Source: Gammaproteobacteria bacterium (lineage in GTDB: Bacteria > Pseudomonadota > Gammaproteobacteria > JAJFKG01). From it: a DNA stretch of 64,000 nt. The translations under genes were made by a program, and so were the position numbers. Below, piece after piece: positions 1 through 9,007 of this stretch. Position 1 is the stretch's first letter; every line of letters starts with the position of its first letter. The stretch is taken from positions 13,506 through 77,505 of the forward strand of contig JAJFKG010000032.1 in NCBI GenBank assembly GCA_021773335.1, written 5' to 3'. The notes under the pieces are model-generated. The model worked only from the letters and a program-made list of their open reading frames with translations, had not been told where the DNA came from and searched no databases.

Positions 1-11
1 TTGGCACACTT

Positions 12-171
12 GTAGCCTGGATAAGCGCGGTACGCGCGTCATCCGGGGAGATTGTTTGCGATTGCTGTTCCCGGATGACGTTGCTGCGCCACTTATCCGG
101 GCTACATCTAGGCTTGAGGCAGAAGACAGTAGAGCCGTCGCCTGGATAAGCGCGGTACGCGCGTCCAGGGG
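12..171. repeat. REP-like palindromic elements, family A (GTAGCCYGGATAAGCGCGGYACGCGCGTCATCCGGG); three copies in alternating orientation
   Basis: Copies read at 12-48 and 137-171, with an inverted copy at 70-106. The same ~37 nt imperfect palindrome recurs at 1714-1808, 3608-3726, 24750-24786, 27950-27987 and 28634-28745. Confidence 0.85.
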
Positions 172-547
172 TAAAACAAACCTGGTTTGAACAGCCACAG
201 CGTCGACCTGGATTAATGAAATCCTTGCAAGCAATTGAGCAAGCACAAGCTGGCGGTGCTATGAATTGTGTGCGCGCAGGTTTTTTGGCCGTGAGCAGCT
301 CAGCAGTACGCCAAAAAGCAGCGAGTAATACTGGTCAAACGCTACAGACAAAACAAATGCAGAACGATGAGAATGCACATGTGATTGAAGCATCGTCTTC
401 GACGAGTGAAAAGCAAGCGCAACCACAGCATGCGGTTGCAGCAGCATCGTCGATTTAATTGAAATTTAAATATATCTTACGCACAAGGATCAATTCGAGC
501 GTCCATTCAGTTTTCGCCGGGTGCATAGCTTACAGATATCATAGAAG

Positions 548-1462
548 CTACCCCTCATTCACCACACCATGTGGCACATGTCCCGTCGCAACATTTTTTT
601 CGCTCGCCGATTGGCAATGACCATGTTGATCATCAAAAAAGAAATCGGCACCAAAGGCATGTAAGAATTCACCTTTTTTCATGCCGCCTAAAAATAAAGC
701 TTCATCGATACGGATATTCCAATCGCGTAAGGTTTTAATGACCCGCTCATGTGCTGGCGCGGAACGCGCAGTCACTAAGGCCGTGCGGATTGGGCATTCA
801 TCCGCGGCGAACAAGGATTGCAATTCATGCAAAGCCATCAAAAAGCCTTTGAATGGTCCGGCGGGTAAGGGCGTATCAGCATCGCTTTTTTCTTTTTTAG
901 CAAAGGCATCTAAACCTTGTTCTTGATACACGCGTTCGGCTTCATCGGAAAACAGCACGGCGTCGCCGTCAAAGGCGATACGCAATTGTTCACTCGGGTT
1001 CAAACTTTGATACGAGGGAAAAATGGTTGCGGCGGCGCAACCGGCATCCAGGGCGCGGGTGACATCATCGGGGTTAGCCGATAAAAATAAATGCGAACCA
1101 AAGGCGGAGACATATTGATACGGGCTTTTGCCATTGGTAAAGGCTGCACGTGAGATATTGAGCCCATAGCGCTCGATATTATTAAAAATACGCAAACCGG
1201 TATCGGCGCTATTGCGTGATAACAGAATTACTTCGACTAAATTTTCACCGCTTGTGGGATGTCGTAAATTTTGCATTTTTTGTACAAGACTGAAGGCGAC
1301 CCCAGGTTCTAGCTCGCAGTTTTCATGACTTACTTGATAGCGCAAATACGCGTCTAAGCCCTCGTTTTCGTAAATGGCATGGCTTTCATCGAGATTGAAG
1401 AGGGCGCGCGATGAAATACCGATGACGAGTTTTTCGTGGGTTTGTTTTTGTGCTGCTGTCAT
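548..1462 (-). CDS. 5'-nucleotidase family protein (PF06189-like)
   Basis: 304 aa ORF. The N-terminal KLVIGISSRALFNLDESH...YENEGLDAYLRYQ and LLSRNSADTGLRIFNNIE...FLSANPDDV resemble the bacterial 5'-nucleotidase family as I remember it. No search was run. Confidence 0.6.
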   Translation of the reverse strand: MTAAQKQTHEKLVIGISSRALFNLDESHAIYENEGLDAYLRYQVSHENCELEPGVAFSLVQKMQNLRHPTSGENLVEVILLSRNSADTGLRIFNNIERYGLNISRAAFTNGKSPYQYVSAFGSHLFLSANPDDVTRALDAGCAAATIFPSYQSLNPSEQLRIAFDGDAVLFSDEAERVYQEQGLDAFAKKEKSDADTPLPAGPFKGFLMALHELQSLFAADECPIRTALVTARSAPAHERVIKTLRDWNIRIDEALFLGGMKKGEFLHAFGADFFFDDQHGHCQSASEKNVATGHVPHGVVNEG

Positions 1463-1596
1463 AGCTGCGGGTCCTTGTTGCCCTTGGATAGGTTGTCGGA
1501 TTATGCCAAAGAGCCAGCAAGGATGCTATCACTGTATTATTGTGTTGTAGTACGACGTTGCAATATTATGTTGAATGTTTGTTCGTTGTTGTAGAT

Positions 1597-1808
1597 GTAG
1601 CCTTGATAAGCGCCGAAGGCGCGCATCAAGGGCCTGTGTTGGCAAATGCTGCTCCTTGATGCGCCGCTACGCGGCTTATCAAGGCTACATTAGCATTTGT
1701 TCATACGTAAGCCGTAGCCCGGATAAGCGCGGGACGCGCGTCATCCGGGGAGGGTGTTTGTCATTGCTGTTCCCGGATGACGTTGCTGCGCAACTTATCC
1801 GGGCTACA
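1597..1808. repeat. Two REP doublets: variant A' (GTAGCCTTGATAAGCGC...GCGCATCAAGG) at 1597-1689 and family A at 1714-1808
   Basis: Each doublet is a head-to-head inverted pair, giving a BIME-like arrangement. The predicted ORF 1575..1943 is only a read-through of these repeats. Confidence 0.85.
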
Positions 1809-1948
1809 GGGGTGGCTTTCCAGAGATTTGTTTACTATGACCAACAAACGTACTCCCTGCATTGGATGCGGCATGTATACAAGGTAATTTGGACAGTGTG
1901 GTGGAATCATAGGATTGCCCCGCACAACGCAATGATAGGATAGAGGCT

Positions 1949-2359
1949 GTGTTCATCAAAATTGCGATTATATTTGGGATAGTCTTAGTTTTTTGCCTCA
2001 TACCATTTCTGACACGTAAAGCAAGTGAATTATGGACTCGTTATACTGCAGGAGAGGGTGAAGCCACACCATTGCTGGGTACCATCGGCACAATCAATGC
2101 AGTTGCCGCTCCGCACGGCGCACTCCCTGCAGAAGGTGAGACGACGTCTGCGTTTAACTGCGCTGGTGATCCTCAAGATGAAGTCTCTGATCTTGATTCG
2201 ACAACGTCATCTGATGCTGGCTCTGATTCTGATTCAGCAATTTCCTCTGCTACAGATGAGGGCCCTCAACATGAAGAGCCAGGCCAAGAACCAGAGTTGG
2301 ATTTAGAAGATGATAATTTAGCCAGCGTTACTTACAGTAAGCAAATAAACGCGTTCTAA
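1949..2359 (+). CDS. Hypothetical membrane-anchored protein with an acidic Ser/Asp-rich tail
   Basis: 136 aa ORF with a GTG start. It has an N-terminal hydrophobic helix (IKIAIIFGIVLVFCLIPFL) followed by an acidic low-complexity region (DSTTSSDAGSDSDSAISS...EEPGQEPELDLEDD). No recognisable family. Confidence 0.4.
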   Translation: MFIKIAIIFGIVLVFCLIPFLTRKASELWTRYTAGEGEATPLLGTIGTINAVAAPHGALPAEGETTSAFNCAGDPQDEVSDLDSTTSSDAGSDSDSAISSATDEGPQHEEPGQEPELDLEDDNLASVTYSKQINAF

Positions 2360-2392
2360 CTTAACCTTGTAAAACAATAGGTTATGCAAACA

Positions 2393-2474
2393 TGCGGAGA
2401 ATAAGCCCTGTATTCTCCGCAATTCTTGCGGAGAATAATTGCGTTTGCGGAGAATAATGGCTATAATCTCCGCA
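2393..2474. promoter_or_regulatory. Five copies of an 11-12 nt motif (TGCGGAGAATAA) overlapping a predicted promoter directly upstream of fic
   Basis: Direct copies lie at 2393-2404, 2427-2438 and 2446-2457. Inverted copies lie at 2411-2421 and 2463-2474 (1 mismatch). A candidate promoter is TTGCGT (2439-2444), N17, TATAAT (2462-2467). A GAGG RBS sits at 2481-2484 ahead of the ATG at 2490. Confidence 0.55.
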
Positions 2475-2489
2475 AAATATGAGGCGATT

Positions 2490-3602
2490 ATGCAATATAT
2501 TCACCAACAAACCGAATGGCCAGACCTGTACTGGGACGATGAACAATTGGCCCCAGCGTTGGCTAATGTGCGTCAAAAAATGGCTTTTTTGCTAGGGCGA
2601 TTGAGTACCCTGGGTTTTACCATTAAAAGCGAAGCGACGTTAGAAGTGCTTAGTACGGAGATCCTTAAATCCAGTGCTATCGAAGGAGAGTTACTCGACC
2701 CTGAGCAAGTGCGTTCATCATTAGCGCGACGTTTAGGTGTCGATATTGGTGGTTTGAGGCCTGCTAGCCGTGACGTTGAAGGTATTGTTGAAGTGATACT
2801 GGATGCGACGACTCATTATCAGCAAGAGTTAAGTGAAGAACGCTTAGGTAAGTGGCATAGCGCACTGTTTCCAACAGGGATGAGTGGCTTACATAAAATT
2901 ACCGTTGGTGCGTGGCGTTTACCAAGTGCAGGTCCAATGCAGGTTGTCTCTGGTCCTATGGGACGCGAATGTGTGCATTTTGAAGCGCCTGCTGCCGAGC
3001 GTTTGGCAGAAGAAATGAATACATTCTTAGACTGGTTTAATTATGCTGAGGGCATTGATCCGATTGTGCGTGCTGGCGCTGCGCATTTTTGGTTTGTCAC
3101 CATTCACCCATTTGAAGATGGTAATGGACGTATAGTGCGTGCGATTACCGATATGTGTTTAGCGCAAGCGGATGATATGCCTGAGCGATTTTACAGTATG
3201 TCGGTGGCTATCGAACGTGAGCGTAAAGCGTATTATCAGATCTTAGAAGATTGTCAGAAGGGTGGTCTCGATATTAGTGCCTGGTTAGAGTGGTTTCTCG
3301 CTTGTTTGAATAGTGCTTTAGATAGTGCCGAAGATACGTTGCAGCGTGTCTTGCATAAAGCGAAAATATGGCAGCATTTAAGTAAATATTCTATTAATGG
3401 ACGTCAACGAAAAATCATTAATCGCTTGCTCGCTCACTTCGAAGGCAAACTCACTACCAGTAAATATGCTAAATTAGCTAAGTGCTCACAAGATACGGCG
3501 CTGCGTGATATCCAAGCTTTGATCGAGTACGGGGTCATGCAAAAAGAAGCTGCTGGTGGGCGTAGTACGAGTTATGTGTTGGTGGGCAGTGATAGGCTAT
3601 AG
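2490..3602 (+). CDS. fic: Fic family protein (AMPylase-type motif, N-terminal inhibitory motif, C-terminal winged-helix-like region)
   Basis: Canonical Fic motif HPFEDGNGRIVRA. An upstream SSAIEG matches the inhibitory [ST]xxxE[GN] motif. The start MQYIHQQTEWPDLYWD is typical of DUF4172-Fic proteins. The start was moved from the ORF-track 2439 to the in-frame ATG at 2490 that has an RBS. Confidence 0.85.
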   Translation: MQYIHQQTEWPDLYWDDEQLAPALANVRQKMAFLLGRLSTLGFTIKSEATLEVLSTEILKSSAIEGELLDPEQVRSSLARRLGVDIGGLRPASRDVEGIVEVILDATTHYQQELSEERLGKWHSALFPTGMSGLHKITVGAWRLPSAGPMQVVSGPMGRECVHFEAPAAERLAEEMNTFLDWFNYAEGIDPIVRAGAAHFWFVTIHPFEDGNGRIVRAITDMCLAQADDMPERFYSMSVAIERERKAYYQILEDCQKGGLDISAWLEWFLACLNSALDSAEDTLQRVLHKAKIWQHLSKYSINGRQRKIINRLLAHFEGKLTTSKYAKLAKCSQDTALRDIQALIEYGVMQKEAAGGRSTSYVLVGSDRL

Positions 3603-3607
3603 TTCGT

Positions 3608-3726
3608 GTAGCCCGCGGATGGTTTTTATCATCGCTGTTTCCGGGTGGCGTTGCTGCGCAATTTATCCGAGCTGCGATTACTAACCTATTCCCTTGATGC
3701 GCTGCTACGCAGCTTATCAAGGCTAC
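3608..3726. repeat. REP doublet (degenerate family A plus variant A')
   Basis: GTAGCCCGCGGATGG...TTATCCGAGCTGC followed by CCCTTGATGCGCTGCTACGCAGCTTATCAAGGCTAC. Confidence 0.75.
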
Positions 3727-3772
3727 AAAAAAGATAGTAGCCTACACTAGAGTCTCAAGCTGGCTACGTTGA

Positions 3773-3856
3773 TGCTCCCACACCACCCACGCTGCATGTA
3801 ACGGAAAATACAAGCCCAAGCGGATAGGGCGTGAGTCTAATTGTTGCATGACTTGT
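3773..3856 (-). pseudogene. 84 bp orphan copy of the addA 3' coding end (81/84 identical to 11310-11393)
   Basis: Direct comparison of the two stretches shows only 3 mismatches. On the minus strand it would encode ...QQLDSRPIRLGLYFPLHAAWVVWEH, matching the AddA C-terminus, but no upstream ORF is attached. Confidence 0.85.
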
Positions 3857-3885
3857 TGTTCTAGAATTCTCAAATGGATTTGAGG

Positions 3886-4395
3886 CTAATTTTGAATAGC
3901 TGCTAAAACCCCTTGAATAATCTGAATAGGTGTTGGTGGACAACCCGGCACAATAACATCAACAGGGATAATATTGCTAACGCCATTTTCTACCGCGTAA
4001 CTACCTTTAAAAATACCACCACACTGCGCACAATCACCTATGGCGAGCACGCGTTTAGGTTCAGGTATGGCCGCATAGGTTTTGATAAGTGGCTCACGCA
4101 TATTTTTAGTCACTGGGCCTGTCACTAATAGCAAGTCTGCATGACGTGGACTGGCAACAAAATGAACACCATAACGTTCAAGATTGTAAAAGGGATTACA
4201 GCTAGCATTGATTTCCAACTCACAGGCATTGCAAGAGCCTGCATCAACTAAACGAATGGCGAGTGCACGCTTAAAGTGTTTGGCGATGTTTTTCTCAAGG
4301 CTTTTACCCAGCTTTTCAATGTGTGCATCTACTGGTTTGGCCATGGGTTCTGTCTTGATGCCGGTTTGGATGATTTTTTTTATGAAAGTCCACAT
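3886..4395 (-). CDS. NuoB/HycG/HyfI-like small subunit ([4Fe-4S]-binding) of a group-4-hydrogenase-related complex
   Basis: Contains DAGSCNACELEI, FVASPRHADLLLVTGPVT, AIGDCAQCGG and VPGCPP, the conserved Cys pattern of the NuoB/HycG family. The start was placed at the ATG at 4395, 1 nt after the upstream stop. Confidence 0.85.
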   Translation of the reverse strand: MWTFIKKIIQTGIKTEPMAKPVDAHIEKLGKSLEKNIAKHFKRALAIRLVDAGSCNACELEINASCNPFYNLERYGVHFVASPRHADLLLVTGPVTKNMREPLIKTYAAIPEPKRVLAIGDCAQCGGIFKGSYAVENGVSNIIPVDVIVPGCPPTPIQIIQGVLAAIQN

Positions 4396-4396
4396 A

Positions 4397-5929
4397 TTAA
4401 CAATCCTGACCACTGTAACTTAAATTGAATGACTTATTAATTAAGGGAAAATCCGCAATAATATTGTCGATAACAGCATATTCTATTGCCAACCAATTTT
4501 GCCACGAGGGGTCATGAAAATGGCACCAGGCGATACGTTGTTGCGGTGTAAGTTTGACAGCAACGCATATCGGCCCACGCCAGCCTTCAACACAGCTCAA
4601 ACTAAATGTGAGCGGTGCCGGTCCAGCCTGTGCCTGAGGTTGAAGCGCAGCCTTGGGTTGGGTGGTTAGCAAGTGTTTGATGATCTCAATGCTTTGCAAG
4701 GCTTCTTGAAAACGGACATGAACACGTGCAGCAACATCACCCGCAGTTGTGTTTATTGGTGTGAATTTATTTTGTGAGGAATCGTAGTATGGCTCAGCCA
4801 CGCGCGCATCAATTGAAACACCAGAGGCTTTGGCCGCAACCCCTAATAATCCTAGAGACAAAGCCGTTTCTTGACTAACAATTCCTGTGGTCCTTAAGCG
4901 ATCTTGTAACCCATAATGGCGTGCACAAATGATTTGCAATGTTGTTAATTCGGATTGCGTGTTGCCAAGTTGAGCCAAAAGTTTGTGAACAACGCTCTCA
5001 CTCCAGGCATCGATGCTTTGCGTGGGTATAATGCTATCCATCATATAACGATGGCCTATTAGCATTTCATTTTCTCTGACAAGAGTCTCTTTTAAGATTA
5101 AAAATTGTGAACAAAGGCTAGCAAAGCCCGTATCGTTAATAATTGCACCGATATCACCAATGTGGTTAATCAAGCGTTCACGCTCTAATAATACAGTACG
5201 CAGCATAGCCGTATTATTATCAATATGTATGCCTAATTGCTTTTCACAGGCTAAAGCAAAGGCGAGACTATAGGCGACGGTCGTATCGCCACTGACACGC
5301 GCGAGTAAGCGACTTGCCTCGGGTATTGTTTTTCCGATGAGTAACTGATGAATACCTTTGTGCGTATAACCTAAACGCTCTTCCAATTTTAGTACCCGTT
5401 CACCGACTGCCGAAAAGCGAAAATGTCCTGGCTCTATAACCCCTGCATGCACAGGACCGACCGGGACTTCATGCACACCATCACCTGAGACTTTGTGAAA
5501 GTGGTAATGACTACTCGCATGGCGATTTGAGGCTGTGTGCGGATTTAATATCCCAGTTTTGTGATGCCCATGACTCAGCCAGGGGCGTTCATCTTGTGAA
5601 CGTTGCGTTGCAATTTTAGTGAGGTCGTAGATTGCTCTTTGTAGACGATTTGCGACAGGAAAAAACGAGCTTAAATCGCTTATCACCGGGCGTTGAGGGT
5701 TGAGTTGTGAAATGCTACAAATCCAGTGGAAGCGACAGTAATATAAAATATACCAATAGGTTGTATTGCCGTCTTGTTCGCGGGCAATCCATTCAGTCAT
5801 TAATGTCCCTTGGTTTGCCTTAATGTAGGCAGCAATGCTTTGTTGCTCTGAAATAGGCGTCGCCAGGTGGCAATAACTATTGTCACCTAGAAGTAATTGT
5901 TTGAGGGTTTCTTGCCAGTGTTGCTTCAT
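4397..5929 (-). CDS. HycE/HyfG/NuoCD-like large subunit homologue lacking the NiFe-ligand cysteines
   Basis: PVGPVHAGVIEPGHFRF and ERLGYTHKGI are typical of the family. However, RVSGDTTVAYS replaces RxCGxCxxxH, and the C-terminal SFNLSYSGQDC replaces DPCxSCxDR. The start was placed at the ATGA overlap (5929). Confidence 0.8.
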   Translation of the reverse strand: MKQHWQETLKQLLLGDNSYCHLATPISEQQSIAAYIKANQGTLMTEWIAREQDGNTTYWYILYYCRFHWICSISQLNPQRPVISDLSSFFPVANRLQRAIYDLTKIATQRSQDERPWLSHGHHKTGILNPHTASNRHASSHYHFHKVSGDGVHEVPVGPVHAGVIEPGHFRFSAVGERVLKLEERLGYTHKGIHQLLIGKTIPEASRLLARVSGDTTVAYSLAFALACEKQLGIHIDNNTAMLRTVLLERERLINHIGDIGAIINDTGFASLCSQFLILKETLVRENEMLIGHRYMMDSIIPTQSIDAWSESVVHKLLAQLGNTQSELTTLQIICARHYGLQDRLRTTGIVSQETALSLGLLGVAAKASGVSIDARVAEPYYDSSQNKFTPINTTAGDVAARVHVRFQEALQSIEIIKHLLTTQPKAALQPQAQAGPAPLTFSLSCVEGWRGPICVAVKLTPQQRIAWCHFHDPSWQNWLAIEYAVIDNIIADFPLINKSFNLSYSGQDC

Positions 5930-7395
5930 GACAACCCCCCAGAAATAGTGTGTACAATGGGTTGTAGCAGCCATAGCGGGATTAAAATCCCCGAGAGTAT
6001 GACTAAGCTCAAATGCAGCGCGCTAGCCCAATAGGCATGCAGGCTATTTTTTAATGGTGGCGTGGTAGCAGGGAGGTTTGTCTGTTTACTCCAGAATAAT
6101 GGCTGTACCTTTAATAAAATAGCGAGAAAGGCGAGCCCTAAACCAAGCAGTAGAGGAATAGCCAAAATACTATTCGCTTTTAAGGTTGCCAGAATTAACA
6201 ATAATTCACTGATAAATAACCCCGAAGGTGGCAACCCTAATATCACTAGTGTACTGGCTAATAGTAGTAGGGCTGATATTGGCATTTTAGTGAAGAGTCC
6301 ACGCAGGTTACTAATACGTTGTGTGCCTAATTGTTGTATAACATTACCACAGGCAAAAAAGGCGGCTGTTTTACTTAATGAATGCATGAGCATGTGGAAC
6401 AAAGCGACGAATAATGCCAAGGGTGTTCCGAGACCAAAGGCAATGCTGATTAAACTCATATGTTCGATGGATGAGTAGGCGAATAAGCGTTTAAGTTGGC
6501 GTTGGCGGAACAAAGATAATGCGGCAAAAAGTAAACCGATAAATCCAAACGTGATCAGCAAGTGGCTTGCTAATGTATGAACGCTGGTGGCAGCGAGCAC
6601 CCATTTAAATCTAAGAATGGCAAAAAGTGCGACATTCAGCAGTAATCCTGACAATAATGCAGAGATTGGTGCCGGCCCCTCAGCATGGGCATCAGGCAAC
6701 CAATTATGTAACGGTACAAACCCAACTTTAGTGCCATAACCGACAAAAAGAAAAACAAAGCTAATTGCAAGTAATTTAGCGGGTAGATGTGGTGCACTAC
6801 GCAGTAATTGTGTCCACAATAATCCAGCTTTGCCCAAGCCTTGCGTGTAAGCAGCAAAGTAGAGAATCACTGTGCCTAATAATGCCAAACCAATCCCAAC
6901 ACCACAGAGGATGAGGTATTTCCAAGCTGCTTCTAGCGCTTCATTGGTATGGTAAAGCCCAACCAGGGTGACACTGGCAATAGTGGCCAATTCAATGGCT
7001 ATCCACATCATGGCAATATTGTTACTCAAAAGAACGATCAGCATGCCGAGTAAAAATAATTGATATCCCGTATGGTAAAAACGATAGACAAAAGGGTGTA
7101 AATGTTGATCATTTTCATTGCTTAAATAACTAATGGCATAAAAACTCGTAGTCATACCAATAAAGCTATTAATTAGCACAAAAAAACTAGCGAGCCTGTC
7201 ACATAAGAACCATTGATGGAAGAAAAAAATCGAAGTTTGATTTTGATAAATTTGGCAAGCTAATAGTAACGCAAAAATAAAACCGAAGGAGCAAGCTGTC
7301 GCACTAATATAGCCTGCCAATGTTCTATTTGCCACCCAAGGTAATAGCAATAAAGAAATAAGGTTTGGCAACAATAATAAAGCTATATGATTCAT
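5926..7395 (-). CDS. HyfF/NuoN/Mrp-antiporter-like membrane subunit
   Basis: 489 aa polytopic protein with the antiporter-type signature WLPDAHAEGPAPISALLSG. ATGA overlaps occur at both ends. Confidence 0.8.
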   Translation of the reverse strand: MNHIALLLLPNLISLLLLPWVANRTLAGYISATACSFGFIFALLLACQIYQNQTSIFFFHQWFLCDRLASFFVLINSFIGMTTSFYAISYLSNENDQHLHPFVYRFYHTGYQLFLLGMLIVLLSNNIAMMWIAIELATIASVTLVGLYHTNEALEAAWKYLILCGVGIGLALLGTVILYFAAYTQGLGKAGLLWTQLLRSAPHLPAKLLAISFVFLFVGYGTKVGFVPLHNWLPDAHAEGPAPISALLSGLLLNVALFAILRFKWVLAATSVHTLASHLLITFGFIGLLFAALSLFRQRQLKRLFAYSSIEHMSLISIAFGLGTPLALFVALFHMLMHSLSKTAAFFACGNVIQQLGTQRISNLRGLFTKMPISALLLLASTLVILGLPPSGLFISELLLILATLKANSILAIPLLLGLGLAFLAILLKVQPLFWSKQTNLPATTPPLKNSLHAYWASALHLSLVILSGILIPLWLLQPIVHTISGGLS

Positions 7396-8042
7396 AGACG
7401 CTCCTTGAGTTTTTCGACATGTTGCACTTGCAAGGAGCCGTATTCGCGTTGAATACGCAATAAAAATAGCATAAATATCATGACGCCCATCAATATATCA
7501 AAGCTCATGCCAACCTCAATTAACCACGGAAATCCCGTAGAAAGGGCGGCAGCAAAAATAAAGATACTATTCTCGAGCACTAATAGAGAGATGATTTGAG
7601 TCACTGTTTTGCGCCTTACGATTATCAATAATAAGGCAATAAAAGCATTAGCTAAGGCTAGTGAAAATCCAGCAATACTTGGATGTGGTAAAATAATAGC
7701 AATATTTTGGCCCAAAATTAAGGCGAAAAGCACCAAGGCTATCGTTAATATTAACAAGGTTGGTCGATTGACTATGGGTTCGATCCTACTTGAAAGCTGT
7801 AAAAATCGTGTTAAGTGCCAAAGCAACCATGGCAAGACAATGACTTTGACGACACAGGTTATTGTAAATGTGAGCCATAGTGTGGTACTCGATGTTTGTA
7901 TAGCATTAGTGAGCAAGTAGCTGGTGAGCAAAACGTTCTGTAAGATTAATAGCTTTATCACCGTAGTGATGTGGGTTTGAATGACCATTAGGCTACTACA
8001 TAACACCATAATACCAATGAGAAATAACAACCAATTACTCAT
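7392..8042 (-). CDS. HyfE-like small membrane subunit
   Basis: 216 aa, very hydrophobic. Its position and size match HyfE in hyf-type operons. It is start/stop coupled to both neighbours. Confidence 0.6.
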   Translation of the reverse strand: MSNWLLFLIGIMVLCSSLMVIQTHITTVIKLLILQNVLLTSYLLTNAIQTSSTTLWLTFTITCVVKVIVLPWLLWHLTRFLQLSSRIEPIVNRPTLLILTIALVLFALILGQNIAIILPHPSIAGFSLALANAFIALLLIIVRRKTVTQIISLLVLENSIFIFAAALSTGFPWLIEVGMSFDILMGVMIFMLFLLRIQREYGSLQVQHVEKLKERL

Positions 8043-9007
8043 TAGGCCATCACTCCTGTCAGTTGAGTTAGTATGATGCCGAGTAAGGCTAAAAATAACG
8101 CCACACCTAAATATTCAGGCACGCGGAATAGACGTACTTTAGCTTGTAATGATTCGGCTGCTGCTAATAATATGAGTAAACCAAGTAACTTAGCTACTGT
8201 TGAAACTAAGCCAAGTAGTACGGCATGCCACGATAATTGTACTGCTAAACCGCATGGGAAAAACAAAGTGATAAAAAGGAGCAAAAAAACTGTCAGTTTG
8301 AGCGCATTGCCCCATTCAATCAGGGCGAGATAACGCCCGGAATACTCCAATACCATAGCCTCATGGATCATGGTCAATTCTAAGTGTGTGCTTGAGTTGT
8401 CGAAAGGAAAGCGACCATTTTCAGCAAGCAATACACACACAAAAGCGCACAGAGAAAATGCTAAGCCTGGGTGTAAAATACCGTTTTGGATTAAAACATA
8501 ACTGATATGGCCGAGGGTTAAATCGTGGGTGATCAAGCCAAGGTTTAATAACACTAACAGTAAGACAGGTTCGACTAAACAGGCGATAAAGAGTTCACGC
8601 CTTGCACCTAGTGAGGCAAAGGCATTGCCGACATCCATTGCTGCTAATAGCATAATGATACGGGCTAAGGCAAAAATGCCGACAATGACAATAACATCAA
8701 AATACGTTGCAAGCCCACCACGATAGAGAAAAATTGGTACAACAAAGGCAAGCGCTGCCAAGCAAGCCACATAAAAATACGGTGCGAAGCGAAATAGCCA
8801 CGAGGTATCGTGCGCCACAATCGGCGTTTTTATCAGTAGCTTAAAAAATATAAAATAAGGCTGAAAAAGTGACGCAGACGAACGGTTTTGGCTCCAGGAT
8901 TTCAGCATCCTCAAGCAACCGAGTAATAACGGTGCACAAGCAATCACCATAAGCCCTTGCAGGGTGAATAGGATATTGGCGTAGAGAGTGTTATCGGTCA
9001 TAACCAC
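8042..9007 (-). CDS. HyfC/HycD/NuoH-like membrane subunit
   Basis: 321 aa polytopic protein with a NuoH-family-like motif (AENGRFPFDNSSTHLELTMIHEAMVLEYSG). Confidence 0.75.
   Translation of the reverse strand: MVMTDNTLYANILFTLQGLMVIACAPLLLGCLRMLKSWSQNRSSASLFQPYFIFFKLLIKTPIVAHDTSWLFRFAPYFYVACLAALAFVVPIFLYRGGLATYFDVIVIVGIFALARIIMLLAAMDVGNAFASLGARRELFIACLVEPVLLLVLLNLGLITHDLTLGHISYVLIQNGILHPGLAFSLCAFVCVLLAENGRFPFDNSSTHLELTMIHEAMVLEYSGRYLALIEWGNALKLTVFLLLFITLFFPCGLAVQLSWHAVLLGLVSTVAKLLGLLILLAAAESLQAKVRLFRVPEYLGVALFLALLGIILTQLTGVMA

Noticed and set aside
216-458. 80 aa ORF (Ala/Gln/Ser-rich) between REPs and the 5'-nucleotidase gene.
   Set aside because: It has low complexity and no recognisable motif or convincing RBS. 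It could be real, but I cannot support it.
1575-1943. 122 aa ORF in the track.
   Set aside because: It is a read-through of two REP doublets (Arg/Cys-rich nonsense translation) with no RBS. The same applies to the short ORFs over the repeats at 20872-21145, 24439-24910, 25965-26246 and 46758-47156.
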